Shown: positions 9,586 through 20,099 of the stretch, in pieces | How the letters are laid out: each line of letters begins with the position of its first letter | Position numbering within the stretch: the first letter of the stretch is position 1 | Sequence record: ON529853.1 | Strand: one strand, 5' to 3' | Length of the DNA stretch: 64,000 nt | Made by a program: the position numbers and the translations under genes | Notes under the pieces: model-generated | The model's input: the letters and a program-made list of their open reading frames with translations, nothing else | Database searches by the model: none | What the model was told of the DNA's origin: nothing

Positions 9586-10260
9586 TCACCAATTGGTGAC
9601 GTTGACCAGATCGCGCTGGAACTCGCTGGGCTCGATATAGGCGGCGGTGGTTTCCAGCCGCTTGTGACCCATCAGCTTCTGGACGTCCAGGATCGAGCAC
9701 TTCTTCTGGTTCGCCATGCGGGCGCGCACGGTGCCGAAGGTGCGGCGGCCGCTGTGCGACGACGCGCCGTCCAGCGAGGCCTTGGCGTAGAGGCGGCGGA
9801 ACCACTGCACCACCGCGTTCGGCGTCACCGATCCCGGCACGAAATCCTTGTCGATGGTGCTGACCGGGCGGTCGTTGCGGGTGCGCTTGACCTTGCCCTC
9901 GGCGGTCTTGGCCTTGGGCGGCATATAGTTGTGCACGGCGTAGAAGACGAACTCGTCCTCAGGGCGGGCCTGGCGCAGGCGTTGGAGCACCGAGGCCAGT
10001 TCCGGCGTGATCGGGATCAGACGCTCGACCGAGCGCTTGCCGACGTCGCCGGTGATCGCCAGGGTGGTGCGGACCTTGCCGGCGGCGTCCAGCACGTTGG
10101 TGCGCCAGCGCAGCTTGGCGATCTCCGAGGCCCGCAGGCCGGCGAAGAAGGACAGGCGCAGGGCGGCTTCATCGCGCAGCGGATGATCGCTGGCGCGGGT
10201 GATCTTCAGGGCCGCCTTGAACTGCTGGCCGGTCAGGGTCTGGGCGCGCTTGGTAGCCAT
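9586..10260 (-). CDS. Tyrosine recombinase (Xer/integrase family, catalytic domain only)
   Basis: GLRASEI, HSGRRT, LMGH and TTAAY give the R-H-R-H-Y catalytic set. Confidence 0.85.
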   Translation of the reverse strand: MATKRAQTLTGQQFKAALKITRASDHPLRDEAALRLSFFAGLRASEIAKLRWRTNVLDAAGKVRTTLAITGDVGKRSVERLIPITPELASVLQRLRQARPEDEFVFYAVHNYMPPKAKTAEGKVKRTRNDRPVSTIDKDFVPGSVTPNAVVQWFRRLYAKASLDGASSHSGRRTFGTVRARMANQKKCSILDVQKLMGHKRLETTAAYIEPSEFQRDLVNVTNW

Positions 10261-10363
10261 GGGAAAGTTCCTCCGTTGATGTCGTCACGGAGTCACATAA
10301 AGAAGGCCGACGTGACTGTCAAGCGTCTGTCAACGATCTCACGCCAAAATCGTCAGAGCGGCT

Positions 10364-10747
10364 TTAGGCCGGGTAGCGCCGGCCGGTGTTGACGCCGTCC
10401 TGGGTCGCGGTGGGCGCCGGCTCCACGCCGGTCTTGCCGTCCATGAAGCGGGCGCGGTGCGACGCCTTGGCCCCGGCCAGGGCCTTCGTCAGCAGAGCGC
10501 GATCGTCGCCGATCGACGCCTTGAAGGCGGTTTCGAAACGGTCCATGGCGACGTCCAGGCCCACATCCATCTTCACCTGGTAGACCGGCACGTCCTCATG
10601 GACGAACTGGGTCCAGCGCGGCTGACGCCGGCCCTGACTGTCGTAACCCGGCTTGATGATATGGAAGGTCTCGCCGCCGAGGACAAAGGCGCCGATCTTG
10701 TTCGCCTTGAGCGCCCCGTCGTAGAGGGCGTGCGACTGCCGGCTCAA
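10364..10747 (-). CDS. Hypothetical protein
   Basis: ATGA overlap with upstream ORF, phage-like codon bias. Confidence 0.6.
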   Translation of the reverse strand: MSRQSHALYDGALKANKIGAFVLGGETFHIIKPGYDSQGRRQPRWTQFVHEDVPVYQVKMDVGLDVAMDRFETAFKASIGDDRALLTKALAGAKASHRARFMDGKTGVEPAPTATQDGVNTGRRYPA

Positions 10748-11187
10748 TGGACGACTCGGCTGTCAGGCATGAGGACGCCGTGCACGCGCTTGCCGTATTC
10801 GCGGTTGAAGGCGCGGTTCCAGTATTCCGCCGCCGCGTGATTCGACCAGGCTTCGCTCGTCGCCAGTTCGGGGTTCTCGTCCAGCAGCCGGGCGAAGAAC
10901 ACCGCGCGCAGGTAGGAGAAGTAGAGCCCGGCGCTGATCAGGCTCAGGTCGTCCGACAGTTGCCAGTCGTCGAGCGGCAGCGGCAGATCGAGGTGGAAGT
11001 GCTCCGGGTGCAGGCGCAGGGCGTCGGCGATATAGGCCGCCTTGGCCTTGTTGCTGATGCCCGATTGGAAGGCCTCGTCGGGCGAATCGTCGGTCAGGAT
11101 TGCGGCGTGGAGTTTGTCGTACTTGTGGCCGTAGCTGGGGGTTCGCTGGGGTCCGTCACCGTCACCGTGATTCCGTGGATTTCGCAT
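10744..11187 (-). CDS. Hypothetical protein
   Basis: SD GAGGA, strong GC3 bias. Confidence 0.6.
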   Translation of the reverse strand: MRNPRNHGDGDGPQRTPSYGHKYDKLHAAILTDDSPDEAFQSGISNKAKAAYIADALRLHPEHFHLDLPLPLDDWQLSDDLSLISAGLYFSYLRAVFFARLLDENPELATSEAWSNHAAAEYWNRAFNREYGKRVHGVLMPDSRVVH

Positions 11188-11535
11188 GACTTCCTCGCAT
11201 ACCAGACAGGCTTCGACGCATCGCCGGGGCCAAAGATTTCGACAAATTCATTCCGCGCCGCACGCTCTTGGCAGATGCAGCCTTCCACACCACGCTGGGG
11301 GAGTTCGGGATGACGGGGGAAACGCCCGCGCACCTTGGCGGGGGTCGTTTCCTGCGTGATGTTTCGCATTCAGCAATTCTGACTGAAATCCCGGCAAACG
11401 TCAAGAATTACGGCAGAGTTCGGGGCTTTGGTGGCGTTTATGCGTTGACAGTCGGCGTCCGCAAGGCCTATGCCGTCATTACCGTCATCGCCTACCGGAG
11501 TTCCCGCCTTGCGCTACGCCTATAAGCCCGACCAA

Positions 11536-13662
11536 ATGGAGGCCTCGGGCGTCCTGGCTGTCCGGAAATCGTCCACGCACACCTCGCGCAAGACGATTCG
11601 CATGCAGATCAACGATCTCTATTCCGACAAGGTCGGCGCCATCGTGCGCGAGATCACCGCCAACGCGGACGATTCGCATCGACGCGCCGGTCAGGAGCGC
11701 CCCTTCTACGTCCACGCCCCGACGGCTCTGGAGCCCGAGTTCTTCGTACGCGACTTCGGCTGCGGCATGACCGACCAGGTCATGGAAGAGGTCTATATCG
11801 TCATCGGCCTGAGCGACAAGGACGAGAGCGACGCCGAGACCGGCATGTGGGGCCTGGGCTCCAAGACGCCCTTCTCCTACGCGGACCAATACACCATCAC
11901 CTGTTTCGACGGCGAGACCGCGCGACACTACGGCTACGGCATCGCTGACGACGGCATCCCCAACCTCTACACCCTGGCGATCGAGCCTTCCTCCGAGCCC
12001 TGCGGCGTGCGCATCGGCCTGGCGGTCGAGGCCCAGGACTTCCACCTGTTCGAGACGGCGGTCAAGCACAGCGCCGTCGCCCATGAGGGCCGGTTCGAGC
12101 ACAACCTGGGCGACATCAACATCGGCACGGTCGCCTATCACGGCGCCGGGTGGACCGCGCTCAGCGAGGCGCCGCTGACCGGCGCCAGCGCCTACAACGA
12201 CACCTGGTGGGTGCGCCAGGGCTGCGTCATCTACCCGATCAAGGATTCGCAGATCGCCCTGCCGCAGAGTTCGCGGATGGACGGGCGTCTCACCTACATC
12301 CTGGACTGCCCGATCGGCTCGGTGCGCATGACGCCGTCGCGTGAAGCCCTCCAGTATGACGCGGAAGGGGTCGACTACCTCCGAGCGCGCATCGAAAACG
12401 TCAAGGCGGAGATCGGCGACGCCGTTCATGAGGCGACCAAGGACATCGTCTCGGTCGTGGACTATTTCGAGAAGGTGGCGAAGCTGAAGCCCGGCTTCCT
12501 CCAGCGGGACTTCACCCACCCCCTCACCGGCATGACCGGCTATTCGCTGACGTTGGGCTGGCCCTCGCTGATCTATAGCGCGGAGCGCCGCGCCGCCACG
12601 GGCGAATGGATGTTCGACATGCCCGGCGCGCTCGATCTGCGCTTCACGCGCGCGGACCACCGTCGGGTCTTCATCCTGGACGACATCCGGCCCCTGCTGG
12701 ACCCCTCGCGCGGGGAAAACGACGCCGCCAAGGGGGCGACCAAGTGGCTGACGCGCAGCGAACTGCGCCGGGTGAGCCGTTTCGTCCGCCATTACCTGGA
12801 ATCGAAGTCCATCAGCCAAGCGATCCTGGTCTGCAACGTCGATTGGAGCGACGATTACATCCAGGCCTTCAGCCACCAGAAGGGTCAGCCGGTCGCCAAC
12901 TTCAAACGCCTGTCGTTTGACGACCTGCGCGCGGCGGTTCCCCGTCGCCTGGCGCCGCCCACGGTGAGCGCCCCCACGCCGCCGATCCGGGGGCTGGCGC
13001 TCGCCAAGGCCGCCGGCGAACAGAAGCCGGTCTTCACTGTGAGCGAACCGGGCGAAAAATACGCCTGGGTGGGGTCCGACGAATACCGCAAGCAGGCCGG
13101 CGCCGTGTTCAAACTGGCGCGCAAGGCCGGGATTGAGGCGCTCTACATCGCCGCAGAGGGCGCCGCCCAGAAACAGGTAATCGACGCCGGGCACCCCCAC
13201 CTGTCGATCCCCCTGGGCAAGATGTTCACCCGCGCCGGATGGACGATGGCGACGCACGAGTTCGTGCGCCTGACCTTCCCGTCGGACTATTCGAACAAGA
13301 CGTCGGACTTCCTGCGCACCTTGAAACAGGTCAGCCCCGAGCAATACGACCGACTGGCCCAGGGCGACGGCGTCTACTCCAAACTGGCGGCCGCCTTGAG
13401 CAAGGTGATCGCCAAGCCTCTGGTCAGCCTCTCGGATGACGAGCGCCGGGTGATGGAGGTGCTGCTGCCCAAGCCCGAGATGAAGGTGACCAAGAAGCTT
13501 CAAGAGGCCCAGGCGCTCTACAAGACTCTGGAGTCCCACTACCACAACCCGACGAGCAAGTTCGTCAGCGAACTGAAACTCACCAAGGACCGGGCCGAGG
13601 ATTACGTCAGCGCCGTCCTGGCGCTTCAGTCCATCATCCCGCCCACCGCCCGCCACTCCTGA
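11536..13662 (+). CDS. rIIA: rIIA-like protein (GHKL/HSP90-type ATPase N-terminus)
   Basis: LYSDKVGAIVREITANADDSH, RDFGCGM and GMWGLGSKTPFSY motifs; adjacent to rIIB. Start chosen at ATG 11536. Confidence 0.85.
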   Translation: MEASGVLAVRKSSTHTSRKTIRMQINDLYSDKVGAIVREITANADDSHRRAGQERPFYVHAPTALEPEFFVRDFGCGMTDQVMEEVYIVIGLSDKDESDAETGMWGLGSKTPFSYADQYTITCFDGETARHYGYGIADDGIPNLYTLAIEPSSEPCGVRIGLAVEAQDFHLFETAVKHSAVAHEGRFEHNLGDINIGTVAYHGAGWTALSEAPLTGASAYNDTWWVRQGCVIYPIKDSQIALPQSSRMDGRLTYILDCPIGSVRMTPSREALQYDAEGVDYLRARIENVKAEIGDAVHEATKDIVSVVDYFEKVAKLKPGFLQRDFTHPLTGMTGYSLTLGWPSLIYSAERRAATGEWMFDMPGALDLRFTRADHRRVFILDDIRPLLDPSRGENDAAKGATKWLTRSELRRVSRFVRHYLESKSISQAILVCNVDWSDDYIQAFSHQKGQPVANFKRLSFDDLRAAVPRRLAPPTVSAPTPPIRGLALAKAAGEQKPVFTVSEPGEKYAWVGSDEYRKQAGAVFKLARKAGIEALYIAAEGAAQKQVIDAGHPHLSIPLGKMFTRAGWTMATHEFVRLTFPSDYSNKTSDFLRTLKQVSPEQYDRLAQGDGVYSKLAAALSKVIAKPLVSLSDDERRVMEVLLPKPEMKVTKKLQEAQALYKTLESHYHNPTSKFVSELKLTKDRAEDYVSAVLALQSIIPPTARHS

Positions 13663-13678
13663 TCGGACCTCAGCCCTC

Positions 13679-15322
13679 ATGACCGACACCTCCGCCCCGA
13701 AGGCGCCTGCCGCCATGCCGATCGCCTTCATGATCGGCAAGGAACGCGTCAGCTTCGTGCTGAACTCGCGCCACCGCTCCTACCACCTGAAGTCCCAGCA
13801 GGGGCAGGACCTGGTCGCCCTGCTGCGCGCCGTGCCCCAGGACGTCGAACGCATCGGTGAACTGGCGGACATCATCACCTATATCGCCAAGCAGTCGAAC
13901 GGCCGCGTGACGGTGGACGACTGCGACCGCCTGCGCCTGGACGGCAAGCTGATCGACTACGGCCTGTCGGGGCGCATGGCCCAGGTCGTGGAAGCGGGCG
14001 TGCCGTTCGACGCGCTCAGCCGTTTCATCGAGAAGGTCTCCGAGAACCCCGACAAGACGGTGGCCGAAGATTTGTATCGCTTTATGGAGAAGGGCGGTAT
14101 CCCGCTGACTCCGGACGGCAACATCCTGGTCTTCAAGAAGGTCGATCCGAACTACTACTCCTATGCCTCGGGCACGACGATGGCGCGCGCCACCCTGGCC
14201 GACGGCACGGTCAAAGAGATGACCGGCAAGGTTCTCTACCCGCTGGGCGGCTACGTCGAAATGGATCGCGAAGACTGCGACCCGAACCGCCAGCGCACCT
14301 GCTCCAAGGGCCTGCACGGCTGCTCGCCGGAATACCTGAACTTCTGGTACAAGCAGGCGGGCATCGTCCTGATCGGCGAGGTCGATCCCAAGGACGTCAC
14401 CGCGATCCCGGCGGACCACAACGACCAGAAGCTGCGCTGCTGCCGCATGAAGATCGTCGGCGAAATCCCCGAGAGCGACGCCAAGACCCACTTCCCTTCG
14501 GTGATTGAGCGCCGTTACGAGACGTCCTACCCGTCCTGGGACCTGTCGGACGACGGCCGCCGCGCCGGCGGCCCGGCGATGGACGCCGAAGGCCGGACGC
14601 AGGCCTGGATCAAACGCGATGACGTCATGGTCTGGGGCGTGGCGGACGACGAAGAGGGTGAACCCACGGCGCCGGCGGACGCCGTCAACGACCGCATCCC
14701 CAACGCGGCCACCGAGACGGCGCTGGAGGCGGTCGAGGCGGGCGACGTGACCCGTCACGACACGGTCGACGACCTGATGGCGGACCTGAACGCGCCGGAG
14801 GGGCATACGCCGCTCCAGTTCGTCGCCACGGACGAGGACGACAACGAGTTCGACGCCTGGGGCTGCGGCGAGGGCGAGGGGCTGATCGCGGGCCGACAGG
14901 ACAAGGCGAACGGCTATCCGGCCGACGACACCATCCTCAGCGAACCGCGCAACCTCGACGCCGACAACCTGAAATACTATCGCGAGGGCTATGCCGACGG
15001 CTACGCCAGGGGCTACGACGAGCCCGCCGACGAGACTCTGGCCGACGCCGACGGCGAAGGTCGCTGGACCCTGGCGCGCGTGCTCCAGGAGGCCCGCAAG
15101 GCGGGGTCGGACGAGGCCAAGAAGAGTGCGTCCGGCGAACTGACCTACGCCAACGACCCCTGGGACGCCTACGACATCCTGACGGCGCTGACCGACTGGC
15201 TGAACGACGTCCTGCCGGCCGAGGCCAATACGGACGACCACGCCTTCGTCAAGGCGTTCGAGCGCGCCTACCGCGACGCCTACCATACGGCCTGGAACGC
15301 GCACGAGGACGCGTCCGCCTGA
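13679..15322 (+). CDS. rIIB: rIIB-like protein with acidic C-terminal extension
   Basis: LYRFMEK..IPLTPDGNILVFKKV, CSKGLH and EVDPKDVTAIPADHNDQKLRCCR motifs. Confidence 0.85.
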   Translation: MTDTSAPKAPAAMPIAFMIGKERVSFVLNSRHRSYHLKSQQGQDLVALLRAVPQDVERIGELADIITYIAKQSNGRVTVDDCDRLRLDGKLIDYGLSGRMAQVVEAGVPFDALSRFIEKVSENPDKTVAEDLYRFMEKGGIPLTPDGNILVFKKVDPNYYSYASGTTMARATLADGTVKEMTGKVLYPLGGYVEMDREDCDPNRQRTCSKGLHGCSPEYLNFWYKQAGIVLIGEVDPKDVTAIPADHNDQKLRCCRMKIVGEIPESDAKTHFPSVIERRYETSYPSWDLSDDGRRAGGPAMDAEGRTQAWIKRDDVMVWGVADDEEGEPTAPADAVNDRIPNAATETALEAVEAGDVTRHDTVDDLMADLNAPEGHTPLQFVATDEDDNEFDAWGCGEGEGLIAGRQDKANGYPADDTILSEPRNLDADNLKYYREGYADGYARGYDEPADETLADADGEGRWTLARVLQEARKAGSDEAKKSASGELTYANDPWDAYDILTALTDWLNDVLPAEANTDDHAFVKAFERAYRDAYHTAWNAHEDASA

Positions 15323-15726
15323 TGCCGGTTCTGTTCCAGAAGATCGTCAAGCGCGAGGACCTGCGGCGCAACCCGCAGGTGCTCTACGTCTTCGGCGACA
15401 ACGTCCAGCGCGTCGGCCTGGGCGGCCAGGCCGGCGAGATGAGGCATGAAGTCAACGCCGTCGGCGTGGCGACGAAATATTCGCCGCGCGACTACTTCGG
15501 CGAGGACCCCGCCGAGGTCTCGGCGCAGAACCGGATCATCGACGGGGACATGAAGCCCCTGTTCGAGAAGGTGAACCAGGGCGGGGTCGTCGTCTGGCCC
15601 GCCGACGGCATCGGCACGGGCCTGGCGGACCTGCCGCGTGTGGCGCCCTCCACCTTCGCCTATCTCAACCAGAAGCTGGCGGCGTTGCTGAAGGCGGCCG
15701 ACCTGTTCGACAAGGAGTCGGCATGA
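15322..15726 (+). CDS. Macrodomain-like phage protein
   Basis: YVFGDN...GLGGQA...NAVGVATK and DGIGTGLA motifs. The fold call is tentative. Confidence 0.5.
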   Translation: MPVLFQKIVKREDLRRNPQVLYVFGDNVQRVGLGGQAGEMRHEVNAVGVATKYSPRDYFGEDPAEVSAQNRIIDGDMKPLFEKVNQGGVVVWPADGIGTGLADLPRVAPSTFAYLNQKLAALLKAADLFDKESA

Positions 15727-15995
15727 CCTTGCCCGCCCTGACCGTGGACCATTACAGCCGCGCCGCCCAGCGCGCCAAGCCGGTGCTGAAGCGCGGCGAC
15801 AAGGTCTACATGATCGCACACGGCGCCGACGGCAACGGCTTCGCCACCTACACCTTCGATCACTGGGACGAACACGCGCCCGGCGGCGACTTCTTCGTCT
15901 CGAAATCCGGGATCGACGAACTGCATCCGTTCAACATCGCGCGTCTCAACGGCGTGGCGGTCAACTTCCGGGACGAGGGTCATGTCGAGGCCTGA
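15723..15995 (+). CDS. Hypothetical protein
   Basis: ATGA-coupled ORF in the operon. Confidence 0.6.
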   Translation: MTLPALTVDHYSRAAQRAKPVLKRGDKVYMIAHGADGNGFATYTFDHWDEHAPGGDFFVSKSGIDELHPFNIARLNGVAVNFRDEGHVEA

Positions 15996-16209
15996 AGAAA
16001 ACCCATTCGATTCCATCCACGCCTGCATCGCCTTCTCGCCGCACGACTGGTCGGAGAACCACCGCATGGCGTGGATTTACGGCATCGTGTGCGGCTGGGA
16101 CGCTGCGTCGATGGAGGAGGTGGCGGCCAAGCATCGCTGGGGACCGGATGAAGTCGCGCGCCTGAGGCGGCTGCACATCCGCTACCAGGGACAGAAGAAG
16201 GACGCCTGA
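15982..16209 (+). CDS. Hypothetical protein
   Basis: SD GAGGG, coupled ORF. Confidence 0.6.
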   Translation: MSRPEENPFDSIHACIAFSPHDWSENHRMAWIYGIVCGWDAASMEEVAAKHRWGPDEVARLRRLHIRYQGQKKDA

Positions 16210-16210
16210 C

Positions 16211-16813
16211 ATGGCGAACTACTGGAACCCGCTCTTCTACACCAAGGCGGACTATGACGGGTTCATGGTTCCGGCGGCCGAGGGCGGCCGAGGCCCCGAC
16301 AACGCGCGCCACGAACTGGGTCTGGAGATCGACCACCACGCCGGCATGAAGACGGTGGCGCTGCTGCCGGGCGAGAGCGTCGAGCAGGCCGCCTATCGCG
16401 CCATGCGCGAGAGCCACGCCTTTCTGACCGACGACAATCACGCCTGGGAGGTCGTTCCGGGCGAGCAGGCGCATTGGATGTCGCGCCTGCGGGTCATAAA
16501 GAATGAGAAGTCCGGCTACTTCACCCGCATCCCCGGCCTGTCGTGGATGATCCTGGAGGACGGCCCCGGCGCCCACTGGTTCGACATGCGCTTCCGCCTC
16601 GCCACCGTCGGCATGATCGCCGCCGAGATCGAGGCCGACCGGGTGAAGGCCTTGGAGTATGACGCCGAGGCGGACGCCTGCAACGATTCCATCCGGGGCC
16701 GCAAGCGCGCCCGGACGGCGCGCAATTGCGCCCATTCGGCCCGGTTTCGCGGCGAGGTCGCGCCGGGGCGGCGCTGGCCGGACCACTTCACCCGCGAGGC
16801 GGAGGCGGCGTGA
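16211..16813 (+). CDS. Hypothetical protein
   Basis: 200 aa ORF, strong GC3 bias. Confidence 0.65.
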   Translation: MANYWNPLFYTKADYDGFMVPAAEGGRGPDNARHELGLEIDHHAGMKTVALLPGESVEQAAYRAMRESHAFLTDDNHAWEVVPGEQAHWMSRLRVIKNEKSGYFTRIPGLSWMILEDGPGAHWFDMRFRLATVGMIAAEIEADRVKALEYDAEADACNDSIRGRKRARTARNCAHSARFRGEVAPGRRWPDHFTREAEAA

Positions 16814-17364
16814 TGAAGGTCGTCTTGCTGGACGCTGCGGGATCGGTCGTCGGGTATACGGCGGCGGGCGCCTTGCCGGACGAAGTCGCGCAGCAAATTC
16901 CCGATCTTCTGGAGCATCGCGGCGTCTACTACGCCCTGCAACCGCGAGAGGCCTACCCGGAGGCCTTGGGCAACTGCGAGGCGGTCTTCAAGCAAGCCAT
17001 CCTGGGCGACATCACGACCCCGGTCTATGCCGACAAGGTCGACGGCCTGGCGCTGAGGACGCTGCAAGACTTGAAGTGGTTTCTGACGCAACCGCGCAGC
17101 ATCGTCCTGATCGATGATCCGCAGACGGAGGCCGTAGTTGCTCGGGGTGAAGCCCTCCTGGCGGCGACGACGCCGCTGCGCCCACACAACGCTCAGGTCC
17201 TTCAGGACCTCCGCGTCGCAGTCGCCGAGGCCCGCTACTGGATGAAGCCGGACCCCGGCACCGCCAGGGGCGTGGTTCAGGCGCGCGACCGGCGTCACAT
17301 CAACACCGCCCGATCGGACTTCGCTCAGGCGATGCTCCACCCGCAAAACGAGGGACACGGATGA
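16813..17364 (+). CDS. Hypothetical protein
   Basis: TGATG overlap (MKVVLLD...). Confidence 0.6.
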   Translation: MKVVLLDAAGSVVGYTAAGALPDEVAQQIPDLLEHRGVYYALQPREAYPEALGNCEAVFKQAILGDITTPVYADKVDGLALRTLQDLKWFLTQPRSIVLIDDPQTEAVVARGEALLAATTPLRPHNAQVLQDLRVAVAEARYWMKPDPGTARGVVQARDRRHINTARSDFAQAMLHPQNEGHG

Positions 17365-17675
17365 ACTGGATTTTCTACGGGCAGGACCCGGACACCCCAC
17401 GCGGGCCGTGCCGGCGCCGTTATCTGCTGGTGACCCTCGCGGCCGCCGCCGCCCTGTCGGGCTGCAAGGGCGTGGCCGAGGAAATCCAGGCGGTCGGCAT
17501 GCAGGCCCGCGACGACCTGATCGCGGGGAACTCCTACCACTACGACCCCCGTGTGAACCTCTGTTTCGCGGTCGGCTCCTATGCCCGCACCGGAAACTTC
17601 ACCGACAACCTGACCCAGACCTATGTGCCCTGCACCGACGAGGTCATGGCCCAAGCCCTGAAAGACGCCCCGTGA
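17361..17675 (+). CDS. Putative lipoprotein
   Basis: RRRYLLVTLAAAAALSGC lipobox. Confidence 0.65.
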   Translation: MNWIFYGQDPDTPRGPCRRRYLLVTLAAAAALSGCKGVAEEIQAVGMQARDDLIAGNSYHYDPRVNLCFAVGSYARTGNFTDNLTQTYVPCTDEVMAQALKDAP

Positions 17676-18529
17676 GTTATATCGCCCCCGTCCTGCCGCA
17701 CGACGTCTACGGCGAGGCCAATATGCGCCTCGGCCGCGTCGAGGCTGAAGAGAACGTCACCATCCTGTTCGCGGTGGAGTCCGGGTCGCGCGCCTGGGGC
17801 TTCCCCTCGCCCGACAGCGACAACGACGTGCGCTTCTTCTACGTGCGCCCGATCAGCCACTACCTGGGCCTGGAGACCCCGCGCGACGTCATCGAGCGGC
17901 CGATCGAGGACCCGTGGGACCTGAACGGCTGGGACCTGCGCAAGGCCCTGCAACTGCTGGTCAAGGGCAACGCCACCGCCATGGAATGGCTGTCGAGCCC
18001 GCTGATCTACCGGGAGCACGGTCCGCTGCCGGCGCGCCTGCGCGACCTGATCAAGCGCCACGCCTCGCCGGAATCCAGCGCCCGCCACTACTACGGGCTG
18101 ACCCGGCAGTGCTACGCCGGCGAGATCGGCAATCGGCCGACCGCCGCCCAGAACGCCCGGAACGAGGCTGACGGCGTCATCGTCAAGGGCCTGACCCAGG
18201 TCAACCTGAAGAAGTACCTCTATGCGGTGCGCGGCGCCATGTCGATCGCCTGGATCGCCCGCTACAAGGAGGTGCCGCCGATGACGATGCCGGCCCTGAT
18301 GAGCCACGCCGTAGCCTCCGAAGCCGTTGCGGCCGAGATCACCACCCTGCTGCGGCGCAAGTCGACCATGGGCGAGTTCGGTCACGGCGACCGCATCGCG
18401 GTGCTGGATGAGTTCATCGAAGCCCAGATGGAATGGGTCAAAGCCCAGGGCTTCGACCGGCTGCCGATGAGCGAGGCCTTCGCCGCCGAGGCCGAACAGC
18501 TTCTGCTCGACGCCCTGGGGATCGGCTGA
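17672..18529 (+). CDS. Pol-beta-family nucleotidyltransferase (YcgL-like)
   Basis: ILFAVESGSRAWGFPSPDSDNDVRFFY, DLNGWDLRKAL and WLSSPLIY motifs. Confidence 0.85.
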   Translation: MSYIAPVLPHDVYGEANMRLGRVEAEENVTILFAVESGSRAWGFPSPDSDNDVRFFYVRPISHYLGLETPRDVIERPIEDPWDLNGWDLRKALQLLVKGNATAMEWLSSPLIYREHGPLPARLRDLIKRHASPESSARHYYGLTRQCYAGEIGNRPTAAQNARNEADGVIVKGLTQVNLKKYLYAVRGAMSIAWIARYKEVPPMTMPALMSHAVASEAVAAEITTLLRRKSTMGEFGHGDRIAVLDEFIEAQMEWVKAQGFDRLPMSEAFAAEAEQLLLDALGIG

Positions 18530-18744
18530 TGGCGATGCTTCGTCTGCGCATCGTCGAGGTCGGAGCCGAAGGCGGCTTCCTGATCGAGCGGCGCCGGTGG
18601 TGGGGATGGGACGCCGTCGCCGTGCATGACACTGTGTCTGAAGCCCATGACGACGCGATCGCCATGGGCGTGATGTGGCGGCGGGTCCGGGGCTACGCGG
18701 ATACGGCCCGCGTGCGCATCGTTGCGAACCACGCCTACGCATGA
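18529..18744 (+). CDS. Hypothetical protein
   Basis: TGATG-coupled small ORF. Confidence 0.55.
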   Translation: MAMLRLRIVEVGAEGGFLIERRRWWGWDAVAVHDTVSEAHDDAIAMGVMWRRVRGYADTARVRIVANHAYA

Positions 18745-18992
18745 GCGCCCAGGCCATTCATCTGCTGGCGCTGATCGTGCTGTTTCCGACCACGATCGCG
18801 TCGTTCGTCTGGTTCCTCATGGCGTGGGGTTTCCGGGGCGGCTTCGGCGTCACCTGGCGCTCGGTCATCCTGTCCGGCGGCGTCTTCCTGTCGCTGTTCA
18901 TCGCCCTGGGCGTGGTCCTCTACCATCCCTACGCCCTGCCGAACCTCCTGTCGGGCATCGTCCTGCCGCCCAACCCCTTCAAGGTGTCCTGA
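18741..18992 (+). CDS. Small membrane protein
   Basis: ATGA overlap, two TM-like segments. Confidence 0.6.
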   Translation: MSAQAIHLLALIVLFPTTIASFVWFLMAWGFRGGFGVTWRSVILSGGVFLSLFIALGVVLYHPYALPNLLSGIVLPPNPFKVS

Positions 18993-18993
18993 A

Positions 18994-19344
18994 ATGGCCG
19001 TCGAGATCATCCAAGCCTACGCCGCCTTCGAGACCACGGATGAATTCGGTCGGCTCGGTGGAGTCTACGGCTATTATCAGAGCGAAATCGCCGCACAGGC
19101 GGCGGCGGCGTGCATCGGTTGGTGGGGCGGTCCGGGGACGGTCGTGCCGCACACGCTGATCGTCGCCGACGGGCGGTGCTACCCGATCAAGTCCGGACAG
19201 GAAGCGGGATTCGACCGCGACCTCCTCGACAAAAACCTGATTGAGGAATCCCGCAAGACCAAGTTGGCCGCCTGGCGCAAAATCCAGGCGACGCTGACGC
19301 CGGATGAGATCGAAGAACTCGGCCTGAAGGAGCCCAAGGCATGA
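18994..19344 (+). CDS. Hypothetical protein
   Basis: Operon ORF. Confidence 0.6.
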   Translation: MAVEIIQAYAAFETTDEFGRLGGVYGYYQSEIAAQAAAACIGWWGGPGTVVPHTLIVADGRCYPIKSGQEAGFDRDLLDKNLIEESRKTKLAAWRKIQATLTPDEIEELGLKEPKA

Positions 19345-19706
19345 CCAATCCCGTCGTCCTGATCGTCGAGGAGACGATCCAGCGCGCCTACAAGCTGGAC
19401 CTCGATAATCCCGCCCACGCCGAACTGGTGGACCGGGTGCTGAACAATCCTCTGGACCGCCCAGCGGTGTTCGCCTTCGATCGCCACACCCCGCCGGCGC
19501 TGCTGGGCAAGCGCGCCCTCAAGGGCAATCGCACGCCCTGGATCAGCGCGACGACCGCCAAGGGCCACCAGGTGCGCCTGGACCCGGACGCTGAGCACGC
19601 CGTCAACTCGATGATGACGCTGCTGCACGTCGACGAGAAGGGCAAGGCCTATCATCAGGTCAAGATCAAGCGCACCACGGTGGAGCGCGGGCCGGTGAAG
19701 TCGTGA
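19341..19706 (+). CDS. Hypothetical protein
   Basis: ATGA-coupled ORF. Confidence 0.6.
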   Translation: MTNPVVLIVEETIQRAYKLDLDNPAHAELVDRVLNNPLDRPAVFAFDRHTPPALLGKRALKGNRTPWISATTAKGHQVRLDPDAEHAVNSMMTLLHVDEKGKAYHQVKIKRTTVERGPVKS

Positions 19707-20020
19707 GTGCTGTGATGCTTTGCCCTGAAAACGCCATGACGGTGGTCGCCGCGCCGCGCGACAAGAGCGGCCCGATCCTCCTGCGCCTGCACGCCAGTCA
19801 CTACGCCCAGGCGGTGCAGGCGCTTCTGGAAGAGACGGCCGCCGATCTGCGCGACGATCTGAGCCCCGAAGAAGAGGCGGACCCCCAGGCCCAGGCCGAC
19901 GCCGACCAGCAGGCTTGGAACGACGCCTGCGACCACTTCACCTCGGTGAAGGTCTATCGCGGACACCCGCCGGAAGGATCGGATGTCGTGGCGTCGCTCC
20001 CGCTGATCCACGAGGAATAG
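19703..20020 (+). CDS. Hypothetical acidic protein
   Basis: GTGA-coupled ORF. Confidence 0.55.
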   Translation: MSAVMLCPENAMTVVAAPRDKSGPILLRLHASHYAQAVQALLEETAADLRDDLSPEEEADPQAQADADQQAWNDACDHFTSVKVYRGHPPEGSDVVASLPLIHEE

Positions 20021-20099
20021 GTGGCGCCTCACGCCCTGATCACCCACCGCACGGTCGAGATGTGCCGCACCATCCACCGAGACGTCTACGAAGCGCGCA

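Noticed and set aside
11094-11369. 91-aa ORF upstream of 11187
   Set aside because: It overlaps the next gene out of frame by about 90 nt and has weak codon bias. It cannot be supported, though it is not excluded.
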